Shown: one piece after another, positions 10,008 through 18,673 of the stretch
Position numbering within the stretch: position 1 is the first letter of the stretch
How the letters are laid out: every line of letters starts with the position of its first letter
DNA from: Promethearchaeota archaeon
Lineage (GTDB): Archaea; Asgardarchaeota; Lokiarchaeia; Sigyniarchaeales; SOKP01
Direction of reading: 5' to 3'
NCBI GenBank assembly: GCA_048938895.1
Contig: JBHLLU010000044.1
Coordinates: 1 to 33,284, forward strand
DNA length: 33,284 nt
Notes under the pieces: model-generated
Told to the model about the DNA's origin: nothing
Database searches by the model: none
Seen by the model: only the letters and a program-made list of their open reading frames with translations
Program-made: the position numbers and the translations under genes

Positions 10008-10982
10008 ATGCCAGAAAGCAGCACAATCTTATATGACCTTAACAAGGTGTTTATTCCCTGCAGAACAGTACTGGAAATGGAAGCACTCACCTCTCTTTTT
10101 CTAGAATATTATAATTATGATGACATAAAAGAATTACCAGAAAGTCAACCATCAAGTCATAAGCTTATAGAAAAGTTCCATGTAATTGAAGTTGAACCTC
10201 TAGAACATATTATTGAATATTTCATTGATGTTATCGTAAGTAAATTAAAACCGATTGTCATGTATGAACGTGATCATCATGATAGATTTCGAATGGGCAA
10301 TGTCGTTGCTTATACAAAAACAAGACTCTGCCTTTATTTTGCGTTACATCGGTTAAAATTAAAATTCTTAGTTATCAAGCACTTTATGGATAAATTCAAA
10401 GAAAATAAATTCAAATTAGATACTACCGATGATCAAGAAACAGTAGGATCTCACAATTTTCTTGCTGCTTTTTATAGGGATTATTACAAAAAAAATAAAA
10501 TGAATCTAAAACTCATGCTATCTTCAAAACGGATGTCAGAGAGAGTAAGCCAGTTAATGGATACTTCAAACACAATAACTAACGAAGATATTATCAATGC
10601 TATAACTTTCAAGAAATTTTTGGACGATAAAAATCGAATTAAATTCATTATGAAAGAAATTAAAGCATCAATCTTTGTGTGTCGTATAATGTTTGCGCAA
10701 ATGGATGTCTTTAAACCGTTTAGAATTGCAGATGAGGCCATGATTGATATTGAAGAAATGATGGTAAGCCAAGATTTTATCCCAGAATTGATACCAGCAA
10801 TGTCCAGCTGTTATGCAGGAGAATCTGCAACTCCACTTGAGGATTGTTTTACTGCATATGAATTTATGATGAGTAGAGTTCTAGAGGGTATAAACTATGC
10901 TGTAGAAATTGCATCTGGAGGTCAAATTCAGCTGGGACTAGAAGATACCATTTATAATACGGGAAATATTTTTGAAATTTAA
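10008..10982 (+). CDS. Hypothetical protein
   Basis: 324 aa ORF, ATG with AAGGA SD upstream; no motif recognised. Confidence 0.75.
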   Translation: MPESSTILYDLNKVFIPCRTVLEMEALTSLFLEYYNYDDIKELPESQPSSHKLIEKFHVIEVEPLEHIIEYFIDVIVSKLKPIVMYERDHHDRFRMGNVVAYTKTRLCLYFALHRLKLKFLVIKHFMDKFKENKFKLDTTDDQETVGSHNFLAAFYRDYYKKNKMNLKLMLSSKRMSERVSQLMDTSNTITNEDIINAITFKKFLDDKNRIKFIMKEIKASIFVCRIMFAQMDVFKPFRIADEAMIDIEEMMVSQDFIPELIPAMSSCYAGESATPLEDCFTAYEFMMSRVLEGINYAVEIASGGQIQLGLEDTIYNTGNIFEI

Positions 10983-11014
10983 AAAATCTTGAAAACCAAA
11001 AAATAATGAATCAA

Positions 11015-11194
11015 TCATATCTTTCGTGAGAAATTGAACATCAGCATCATATGTCTATCCCATGCATTTATTCCCTTTCCCATACAAGGATAAACTTCAT
11101 TAGAAGAATCTTCCTGTGTGGGGTGCACTTGTGAATTTCTGTGGGGATCATGTTTCACAATGATCTGTGATCTTTTTTTTCTTTTTTTAGACAT
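11015..11194 (-). CDS. Small hypothetical protein (59 aa) with basic N-terminus
   Basis: Below the ORF-track cutoff. MSKKRKKRSQIIVKHDPHRNSQVHPTQEDSSNEVYPCMGKGINAWDRHMMLMFNFSRKI*; AAGGAG SD and TTTAAATA TATA-like box upstream. Confidence 0.55.
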   Translation of the reverse strand: MSKKRKKRSQIIVKHDPHRNSQVHPTQEDSSNEVYPCMGKGINAWDRHMMLMFNFSRKI

Positions 11195-11218
11195 GATAAG
11201 ATAATTCTCCTTATTTAG

Positions 11219-11267
11219 CTATAGATCTCCAATGAGGATACTATCCATCTGTCTATTTAAATCTTTG
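11219..11267. repeat. 49-bp imperfect direct repeat, copy A (overlaps putative promoter of the 59-aa ORF)
   Basis: 38/49 ungapped identity to 13450..13498, with shared core GAGGATACTA. Confidence 0.65.
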
Positions 11268-11327
11268 CAACAACAACAAAGAACACATATTTGGTAAAAG
11301 TGCAGATTAATAATGAAAAACTTCTGG

Positions 11328-12551
11328 TTATTGTAGGTTCAATTTACTAATGAAATCTTTAATATTTTCTGTCGTTTTATAAAAAAAATGTGGTTTTGCA
11401 GTTTTAGGTATTATTAATTTGGGATCTGGATATCGTCCTGTAAAATTAACAACAATATTATTTGCCTCAATTTTGTTGGAAGCAAGAATAGCTCCCGTAA
11501 ATGCAATAAATCCACTTTTTTCAAGATCAAACAACTTCAAACCTATATACTTACTTGGGTATATATCTTCCTGTATTAAGCTATTAAGGATTTTATTCTT
11601 GTAGAAATTTAGCTTCTCTTCCAATACTCCGACAGGGATAATCCTTCCTTCTTCTTCTCTCCATTCTATAAATTTTTTGATAGCATAAATTGGCTTAGTA
11701 CTTCCAAGAGTAGGCTCAAAACGAGGAGTCTTATAATTATGATCCTTAAAAATTGAAAATGGATCTTTTCCGTTTGAATGCGCATTTAAAGCATCTATTA
11801 TTGGTGCACTATTCCCATTTGAAGGTTGAACTAATAAGACTTCGGGATTTTCCTTATATTTAATCGCTGATTCAATTAGGCCTGTTGAACCAACTCCTCC
11901 AGAAACAGTTTGTACATAACAAACATTATCATTCATTAAATTATAGTTTTTTAATATGACTCCTAGTTGTGTATAAGCCGCTGTTTTCATATCAGAGTCG
12001 GCGTGAATCACTTTAAAGCTGTTAGATAAATAAACAAAAAGTTTTTTGGCAAAATCCCTTGTTTCATCTAATGTATAATTTTTCATAATGACATATTTAA
12101 TATACTTGTTATTTTCTATCGCGCTTTGAGAGACTTTGTATGCAGATAATTCAGGTACCAATAAGATGGCCTTTACGTTCTTATTTCTTTTTTCATTGTA
12201 AGTCTTTATTGCTCTTGCCATTGCCTCAACAGTGTTTCCAGAGGAGGTGGAGATAACATAATCTATATGACTAAGATCATGGACATGAAAAAGATAGGTA
12301 CAATCAGTATCCTTAAATGTTGGAGTGTCCCAAAAAATACCAAACATTTTTTTATTAATCAGTAGGTTAGGGATTTCTTTAACCATTATTGGAAATGTCG
12401 GGTTATAATCAGATTTTACAGATTTTCCTTTTAATTTAAAGTAAATTGTATCACTAAACTTCCAATGATCTCCACCGAAAATCTTTTTATTATTTTTACT
12501 TAAAGTTGTATTTAATTCTCGTAATTCAGTCATTAGAAGATTTCGACTCAC
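11328..12551 (-). CDS. Fold-type II PLP-dependent enzyme, threonine synthase-like
   Basis: TPTFKD (PLP lysine), STSSGNT, VSGGVG phosphate loop, LVQP, VVNFTG. Divergent; substrate uncertain. Confidence 0.75.
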   Translation of the reverse strand: MSRNLLMTELRELNTTLSKNNKKIFGGDHWKFSDTIYFKLKGKSVKSDYNPTFPIMVKEIPNLLINKKMFGIFWDTPTFKDTDCTYLFHVHDLSHIDYVISTSSGNTVEAMARAIKTYNEKRNKNVKAILLVPELSAYKVSQSAIENNKYIKYVIMKNYTLDETRDFAKKLFVYLSNSFKVIHADSDMKTAAYTQLGVILKNYNLMNDNVCYVQTVSGGVGSTGLIESAIKYKENPEVLLVQPSNGNSAPIIDALNAHSNGKDPFSIFKDHNYKTPRFEPTLGSTKPIYAIKKFIEWREEEGRIIPVGVLEEKLNFYKNKILNSLIQEDIYPSKYIGLKLFDLEKSGFIAFTGAILASNKIEANNIVVNFTGRYPDPKLIIPKTAKPHFFYKTTENIKDFISKLNLQ

Positions 12552-12559
12552 TAAACATC

Positions 12560-12730
12560 TTATTCAGGATTACACCATTTTGGTTCCTTTGGAGGGGGTA
12601 TTTCTTCACATACTCTTTTTAAATCACAATTTAAACAAAAGTTCGAAGAGCTTTTGAAATTTCCATAACAATTTGGTACAATTATTAATAATGAAACTTT
12701 TTGAGTGCAATTATTCACTTTTTTACTCAA
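12560..12730 (-). CDS. Small Cys-rich protein (~56 aa), putative metal/Fe-S binding
   Basis: ORF 12560..12778, likely TTG start at 12730 after AGGTTGGT. Motif C-x10-CxxC-x5-C; ends 8 nt before the PLP enzyme start. Confidence 0.5.
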   Translation of the reverse strand: MSKKVNNCTQKVSLLIIVPNCYGNFKSSSNFCLNCDLKRVCEEIPPPKEPKWCNPE

Positions 12731-12749
12731 TTTAGTACCAACCTTTTTA

Positions 12750-12824
12750 AATGTCATACTTATAAAAAATATTGACATTAATATTTAAATTTTATGTTGA
12801 ATTATGTCATAATAAGTGACATAA
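12750..12824. promoter_or_regulatory. Putative operator: two inverted repeats of ATGTCA/TGACAT half-sites in a divergent promoter
   Basis: TTATGTCA-N7-TGACATAA at 12802..12824 and AATGTCA-N16-TGACATT at 12750..12779. Confidence 0.55.
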
Positions 12825-12856
12825 AATTGTAGATATTAATATAAGGTGTATGAATT

Positions 12857-13426
12857 ATATCTTTAAAAAAAAAAGGTCAAAGAAATTCTGTTCATGCTAC
12901 CATTACTGACGAATCTTCTGAAATTCTAGAGCAGTATAAGGACGAATTCGGATCTAAATCTGCTGTAGTTGATGCTGCTTTAAAAATATTGAAAAAATTT
13001 AAACAACCTCATTTGGAAAATCAAAGAAAAGTATGGTGCAGAGCAAGAGATGAATTAAATATGCTCTTAGTTGGAAAGACCACATTTCTTGCCTATATTA
13101 AAGGTGAAATTGACAAAGCTTACACAGAAAATATCGCTGTTGAGGCAATTGAATGGTATTTAGGAAAAATACTAGAAGAATTAACTCTAGAACAGTTTTT
13201 GGAAGGTCTTAAAGGAATGTGGTTAGTAGCAAATTATTTTTATAATATCGAATTGGAGAAAAATGAAAAAGGTACTTTCCAGATGAGGTTCAATCATAAT
13301 TTAACTCGGGAGTATAGTAAATTTTGGGCGGGATACTTTGAAAAATTACTTATAGATAATTGGGGTTGTTTTGTTGAAGCGTTCATTCGTAATGAATCAT
13401 TTTACCTAATTATAAAAAAAGAATAA
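12857..13426 (+). CDS. Ribbon-helix-helix regulator with C-terminal V4R/Bet3-like alpha/beta domain; start upstream of the track ORF
   Basis: The frame of 12989..13426 is open back to 12854, adding SLKKKGQRNSVHATITDESSEILEQYKDEFGSKSAVVDAALKIL (RHH pattern). Candidate ATA start at 12857, 8 nt after AAGGTG. Confidence 0.65.
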   Translation: MSLKKKGQRNSVHATITDESSEILEQYKDEFGSKSAVVDAALKILKKFKQPHLENQRKVWCRARDELNMLLVGKTTFLAYIKGEIDKAYTENIAVEAIEWYLGKILEELTLEQFLEGLKGMWLVANYFYNIELEKNEKGTFQMRFNHNLTREYSKFWAGYFEKLLIDNWGCFVEAFIRNESFYLIIKKE

Positions 13427-13449
13427 TTATTTAATTTAATAGAGTCTAT

Positions 13450-13498
13450 CTATGGATCCCCTAGGAGGATACTAAACTTCTGACTATCTAAACTTTTG
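13450..13498. repeat. 49-bp imperfect direct repeat, copy B
   Basis: 38/49 identity to 11219..11267; contains the imperfect palindrome ATCCCC-TAG-GAGGAT. Confidence 0.65.
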
Positions 13499-13623
13499 TC
13501 AAAAATATAAATTTAAATCTGTTTTTCTCATAGTAGAAGTTCTATTTCCTTACCTTTTGCAAACATCTACGAGAGGAAAGAAAATTAAAAAATCATAAAT
13601 TTATTCCATAATTTCAGAAATTA

Positions 13624-14901
13624 ATGAGGTTTAGATTATTTAAAGTAGATGAAAGTCGCTTTACAAGCGATTACCATCAAATGTTAACAATCATCATCTT
13701 AAATAGTTTAGGTTTCTTTTTCTTAGGTTTTTGGATTAGCATTGTTGCCAAAGAAAATATGGGGGCATCATTCTTTCAAATCGGTATGGTTGTTGTAGCT
13801 AATGTTGTAGGTCGAATGTTAAGTGGGTTTTATATAGGTTTTATTGCGGATCGCATTGAATCAAGAACCTCTCTGGTATTAATAGGATCATTTGGCAGAG
13901 CATTTTCTTATTTTATTATTTATGCCTCTTTTATTACAAACCACATTTTACTTTTAGGGATCGGATATTTCATTTTAGGGCATATGGCCGGTATTTTTTG
14001 GGTGCCCTTTAATATGTTTGTCGCTGAGAAATCTAATAAGGAACATCGTTCTCAAGCATATGGAATGAGAGACTCCATAAACGCAGTAGGACAAATTATA
14101 GGTGGTTTATTTGGGTTTCCTCTTTTAATGGTTTTGAGTGCTTTCACTAAAAATCCGTTTTTGATTTACAGTGCCATTCCCGTTTATGGAATTGCAAATT
14201 TCATAGCAGGAGTATTATTTTATTATAAAGTAGATGAATCGGTAAAATTTTATAATCCTGATGATGAGGTTAATAATAATTTATCCAATGAAAAGTCTCA
14301 GAATAATAAATTTTTTACTTCACCATCAGTAATTATGGGGGCGATATTTATAATTCTCCTCCTTTTTTTGGGGAGTATTAATGGTAATATCGCCAGACCT
14401 TATTTAAATCTCTATATTATAGAAAATATTGAACGCAACATCAACTTAGTGGTATGGGCATATCTTCCAACGGGACTGTTAGCAACTCTTCTTGCTCCCA
14501 AATTAGGGATTTTAGTTGATAAACTTCATCCGTTAGTAGGAATCACAATGACTAGTTCATTAGGAGCTTTGATGACCTGGTTCTTAATTAATGCTGCAAA
14601 TATATGGATGTTCTCACTTCTTCTATTATTTGATTTAGCCATTGGGATGTCTGCTGGCTTAATTTTCCAGAATTTATATAGCAGAATTTCTTCTGAACAT
14701 AGAGGGAAGATTTTTGGTATTGGTGATTTTTTTGCATTTTTAGGTGCCGTAATTGGACCTCTCGTGGGAGGGATGGTTATGGATTTAATTAGTCTACAAT
14801 TTCCCTTTATAATCTCAATTTTTGTAGAACTCTCATTGATTCCCTTATATCTAGCAGCTGTCTATTTATTACTTCCTCATATGGAAGAATCATATAATTA
14901 G
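13624..14901 (+). CDS. MFS transporter
   Basis: About 12 hydrophobic segments; motif A-like GFIADRIESR and GILVDKLHP; EHRSQAYG/EHRGKIFG repeats; GAVIGPLVGG. Confidence 0.92.
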   Translation: MRFRLFKVDESRFTSDYHQMLTIIILNSLGFFFLGFWISIVAKENMGASFFQIGMVVVANVVGRMLSGFYIGFIADRIESRTSLVLIGSFGRAFSYFIIYASFITNHILLLGIGYFILGHMAGIFWVPFNMFVAEKSNKEHRSQAYGMRDSINAVGQIIGGLFGFPLLMVLSAFTKNPFLIYSAIPVYGIANFIAGVLFYYKVDESVKFYNPDDEVNNNLSNEKSQNNKFFTSPSVIMGAIFIILLLFLGSINGNIARPYLNLYIIENIERNINLVVWAYLPTGLLATLLAPKLGILVDKLHPLVGITMTSSLGALMTWFLINAANIWMFSLLLLFDLAIGMSAGLIFQNLYSRISSEHRGKIFGIGDFFAFLGAVIGPLVGGMVMDLISLQFPFIISIFVELSLIPLYLAAVYLLLPHMEESYN

Positions 14902-14989
14902 AATCAAGCATTTTGTTAATAATACTTATATCTCCATTATCAATTTGATCTACCAAATTAGTTAATTCATGTATTATTTCCTTAGCTTC

Positions 14990-16003
14990 TCACCTCCTTT
15001 TTATTATTATTTCAACTAGATCAGTATCCTTTAGTTCATGATCAATTCCCACTTGTTGACCAGGAAATTCTACAGATGAGCCCCATACTCTGGCATATCG
15101 GAAAAGTTTAATAAAGTCTTTATGAATTTTTTCAGCAATCTGTCCTACAGTAGTCTCTAAAGGACAGATAAGGGGATCGATGAAATCCGCTTCACATTTA
15201 GGCGGTTTGGTATAAATTCTCATCAGTTCTAAGCTATTGAATAGGTATTCTTTGAGCTGCTCAAGTGATTCTTCATTTTTAATAGAAATGGGGTGAATAG
15301 ACCAACCTGTTTTTGATCTTAATAATTGATAATTTTCTTCAGTATTAGGAAGATCTCCCTTTGTTGCTATAATTCCGAATTTGTGCATTATATCTTCTGC
15401 ATTCAGAAGGTTTGCATTTTCAAGCTGTTCTATAAGAAAATTATATTGTCGATCTATATCCATAGATAAATCAATTACGAGCATTATAGAATCACAGGTC
15501 CTAGCAACTCTAACAATCTGCTTACTTATTGCCCAATCTTCTTTAAAATCTAAAAATCCAGGCACATCTATGATCTGAATCTTAATATTATTGATCTCAC
15601 ATGTTCCTGCAAGGGCAGTCTTAGTAGTGTGAAGGAAATGACTTGTTTTTACGTCAGTATTGGTAATTGCGTTCATTAATGTACTTTTTCCTACATTTGA
15701 GAGCCCAAAAAGTGCAACTCGTCCATCACCTGAGCGGGGGATATAAAAAGCATCATACTGTCTGCCTTTTTGCTTTGGTTTAGCCTTTGTTTCTGTTATT
15801 ATTTGTCTTAGGTGTTCAATTATCTTTTGAAACCTTCCCCATTTATCTAATTTTTTTAACCGTATATCCTCAATCGCATTCTCTAATACCTCAATTAATT
15901 CCTCCCCTTCTAAGAACTCTATTTTTTTCATTACTCCAAACCAGTACCATCTAACTTTTTTATCTATATTCGTTGTTCTCCCTCCCTTGGTAAAGAATTT
16001 CAT
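14990..16003 (-). CDS. DRG/OBG-family GTPase with C-terminal TGS domain
   Basis: G1 GLSNVGKST, G2 HTT, G3 DVPG, G4 TKGD; TGS motifs RIYTKP, IHKDF, ARVWGSS..FPGQQVG.DH.L.D.D.VEI. Start overlaps the upstream stop (TAATG). Confidence 0.88.
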   Translation of the reverse strand: MKFFTKGGRTTNIDKKVRWYWFGVMKKIEFLEGEELIEVLENAIEDIRLKKLDKWGRFQKIIEHLRQIITETKAKPKQKGRQYDAFYIPRSGDGRVALFGLSNVGKSTLMNAITNTDVKTSHFLHTTKTALAGTCEINNIKIQIIDVPGFLDFKEDWAISKQIVRVARTCDSIMLVIDLSMDIDRQYNFLIEQLENANLLNAEDIMHKFGIIATKGDLPNTEENYQLLRSKTGWSIHPISIKNEESLEQLKEYLFNSLELMRIYTKPPKCEADFIDPLICPLETTVGQIAEKIHKDFIKLFRYARVWGSSVEFPGQQVGIDHELKDTDLVEIIIKRR

Positions 16004-16212
16004 TAATATCTAAATAGGAAAGGAAGATTATAGACCGCACTCCTATATTGCTTAGTTAATTCGATATGTTCCCTTTCTATAGTAAATCTGGGATTAAATA
16101 TTCCTGTAATGCTTAGCTCACGTAATTTTCTGTTATTCTTGAAAGGATCCGGTGATTCTCCACCTTCAATTCCTAACTCAATCTTTTCAATTTCTTCTTT
16201 TAATTCCAACAT
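16003..16212 (-). CDS. Small hypothetical protein coupled to the DRG-like GTPase
   Basis: ORF 16003..16248, likely ATG at 16212 after GAGGT SD; TAATG overlap with the next gene. Confidence 0.55.
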   Translation of the reverse strand: MLELKEEIEKIELGIEGGESPDPFKNNRKLRELSITGIFNPRFTIEREHIELTKQYRSAVYNLPFLFRY

Positions 16213-16462
16213 ATTCATTACCTCTTTTCTATATTTTATTAATATCACATTTTTTCACGAAAAAAACTGTCAACTTGTTTCAATTGAAACTTTATATCAG
16301 GTATAGTCTGCGATGATGAGAAATTAATTGAAAAGAAAATCAAGTATCTTGTAGAACTTGAAATTATATTGAAAAATAAGTGATAAGGACGAAATTTATA
16401 ACAAGAACAGAGGCTAAATCGTTCAAGGATAAGTACACCTGATATAAAACCGATGCAGTGCT

Positions 16463-16517
16463 CGGATTATGGATTAATAGTTAGTAACTGATTCAATTGC
16501 TATTGAATCATAATCCG
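16463..16517. other. Nested stem-loop element in 0.5 kb intergenic region
   Basis: CGGATTATG (16463-71) pairs with CATAATCCG (16509-17); inner TGATTCAAT-TGCT-ATTGAATCA (16489-16510). Confidence 0.55.
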
Positions 16518-16760
16518 GCCAAAGTATAGTTATTTCGCTAATGTAGAATATATCAAGTGTTAAGTATAATATACAGCAAAGTGATATTTAAACATATGTG
16601 TCAAATAATCTAATATTATCCGAGTATAAGTCTTTAATCTCATTATATATAGCAATCTTGAAATTATTGAAATAACTCATATTATTTTATATAAAGTTGT
16701 TAATAAAAAAGAAAAATCAAGAAAAAATTGAAAAAAATAAATAATGTTAATTAAAAAAAC

Positions 16761-17600
16761 CTAATATTCATTAGGCATTTTCTTAAGTTCTGCAAGTGAA
16801 AAAACAGGACCATCAGTGCAGACAAACTTGTTTCCGATATTGCATCTTCCACACTTTCCAATACCGCATTTCATACGCATTTCTAAACTGTTCAGTATCT
16901 GCTCATCCTTCCAATTTAGCTCTTCCATAACTGCGATAGTTGTTTTAATCATTATTGGTGGTCCACAGATTACTGCGATACCGTTATCGGACTTTGGACC
17001 AACTTTTTTAACAATTGGTGCGACAAATCCTACTTCTTCAGTCCATCCCTCCGCTTCGCGATCAATAGTTAATACTACTTTAATATCATCCCTTTTTTTC
17101 CACTCGTCTAAAACATCTTTGTATAAAACTTCTCCAGGATCACGATTTCCGTAGATTACAGTTATATCTCCATAATCTTTTCTATGCTTCTCATCGAGTA
17201 TGTATAATATAAGGGATCGCAATGTTGAGAAAGCAAATCCTCCACCAATGACAACGATATTCTTTCCTTTCATCTCTTCAATAGGCCATCCATTTCCACA
17301 GGGACCTCTTACCCCTACAATATCTCCAACTTCACTGGCATGGAATGCTGAAGTCACGGTTCCCATCCTTTTTATCGTGAATCTGATAGTTCCTTCTTCG
17401 GTAGGGGAAGAAGCAATTCCAATAGGACATTCTCCCTTTCCAATTATACTAATTTCAGCAAATTGCCCTGGAATGTAATCAAATTTCTTGTAATCTGCTT
17501 CATTTTTGAATTCTAATTCGATAGTTTTGATATCATTAGCTTTGTTTTCTCCAACTATCGATTTTACTTTTGTCAAATAGGGAATATACGGATTAGACAA
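16761..17600 (-). CDS. flxA: FAD/NAD(P)-binding oxidoreductase with 2Fe-2S (FlxA/AsrB-like)
   Basis: PGQFA, ASSP, RGPCGNG, GGGFA, CGPPIM, EMRMKCGIGKCGRC...VCTDGPVF. Confidence 0.88.
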   Translation of the reverse strand: MSNPYIPYLTKVKSIVGENKANDIKTIELEFKNEADYKKFDYIPGQFAEISIIGKGECPIGIASSPTEEGTIRFTIKRMGTVTSAFHASEVGDIVGVRGPCGNGWPIEEMKGKNIVVIGGGFAFSTLRSLILYILDEKHRKDYGDITVIYGNRDPGEVLYKDVLDEWKKRDDIKVVLTIDREAEGWTEEVGFVAPIVKKVGPKSDNGIAVICGPPIMIKTTIAVMEELNWKDEQILNSLEMRMKCGIGKCGRCNIGNKFVCTDGPVFSLAELKKMPNEY

Positions 17601-18660
17601 CTGCTTTCTCCTCCTCCTTTTCTCTTTTCTCTATTTTTGCTATTTTTGCTAAATGATCTCGCAGATCATTATTGGCAGGACATACCATTATACACCTACC
17701 ACATCCAACACACCCCAGTAAGTCATAATTTTCCGGATAATAACTGAATTTATGCATTATTCTATTTCGACACCGTTGGATTTTTGTATCACGAGGGTTA
17801 TGTCCACTTGTCTCAAGTGTATATAAGCACGATTGACATGTATCCCAGATTCTAATTCTCCTTCCTTTATTACTATATTGATCTTTTTCATCAATAACGT
17901 CAAAACAGGTACATGTTGGGCATAAATAACTACAAGAACCACATCCAATGCACACTTCGCTAATTTCATCCCATACGGGGTTATCAAATGATGTTTCTAA
18001 GTTTTTTACGACTGTATCTACATCTATCTTTGTAACGAATGATTCTTCTGCTTTTTTAGCTAATTCTTGAGATTTTTTAACATCCTTTTGAGTAGCGTCA
18101 GAAAGCCATGGGAGTTTCTTGATAATTTCCTTACCTTTATCACTAATTCCTTCCACTAAGTAGGTCTCTCCTAAATCTGTCAAAAAAACATCCATATTTT
18201 CCTTGTTAAAAGGATGTCCCCCCACAGATGTACAAAAACAAGTTGTTCTTGGAGAATTACATCCAATTCCTATAAGTGTGCTATTTTCTTTCTTTTTCAA
18301 ATAGATCTCATCTTGCCAGTTTCCATGAAACGAGAAGAAATTCGCGAAGAGTTCATAACTATATGCATCACAGGGTCGAATTCCAAATATCATATATTTT
18401 TCATCTAAATCCTGTCTATCGGTGATTTCAACATTCTTATTGTCTGCGGTATATTCAAATAATACTTCCATTTGAGGAAACAATACCGATTTTGGGGGAA
18501 TCCTCGAGTTTAAGTAATCCAGTACTATATCATCAGGATTTTCAATTTTTTCAAAAACGATATTTCCCTTCTTTTTAATTGGGGCATAAAAGCTATACTC
18601 ACTTGCAAATTCATTATAAAATTTTCCAATATCCTCTTTCTTTAATATTTTTTGTTCCAT
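17593..18660 (-). CDS. flxB: 4Fe-4S dicluster protein (FlxB/AsrA-like)
   Basis: GIRPCD, C..PRTTCFC, CIGCGSCSYLCPTCTCF, WDTC, HKF, CVGCGRCIMVCP. Start at ATG 18660 after GAGGT. Confidence 0.85.
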   Translation of the reverse strand: MEQKILKKEDIGKFYNEFASEYSFYAPIKKKGNIVFEKIENPDDIVLDYLNSRIPPKSVLFPQMEVLFEYTADNKNVEITDRQDLDEKYMIFGIRPCDAYSYELFANFFSFHGNWQDEIYLKKKENSTLIGIGCNSPRTTCFCTSVGGHPFNKENMDVFLTDLGETYLVEGISDKGKEIIKKLPWLSDATQKDVKKSQELAKKAEESFVTKIDVDTVVKNLETSFDNPVWDEISEVCIGCGSCSYLCPTCTCFDVIDEKDQYSNKGRRIRIWDTCQSCLYTLETSGHNPRDTKIQRCRNRIMHKFSYYPENYDLLGCVGCGRCIMVCPANNDLRDHLAKIAKIEKREKEEEKAVV

Positions 18661-18673
18661 TTTTTTTACCTCG

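Noticed and set aside
16291-16383. Protein-like fragment FISGIVCDDEKLIEKKIKYLVELEIILKNK
   Set aside because: About 30 codons with no convincing start or SD; cannot be supported as a gene or pseudogene.
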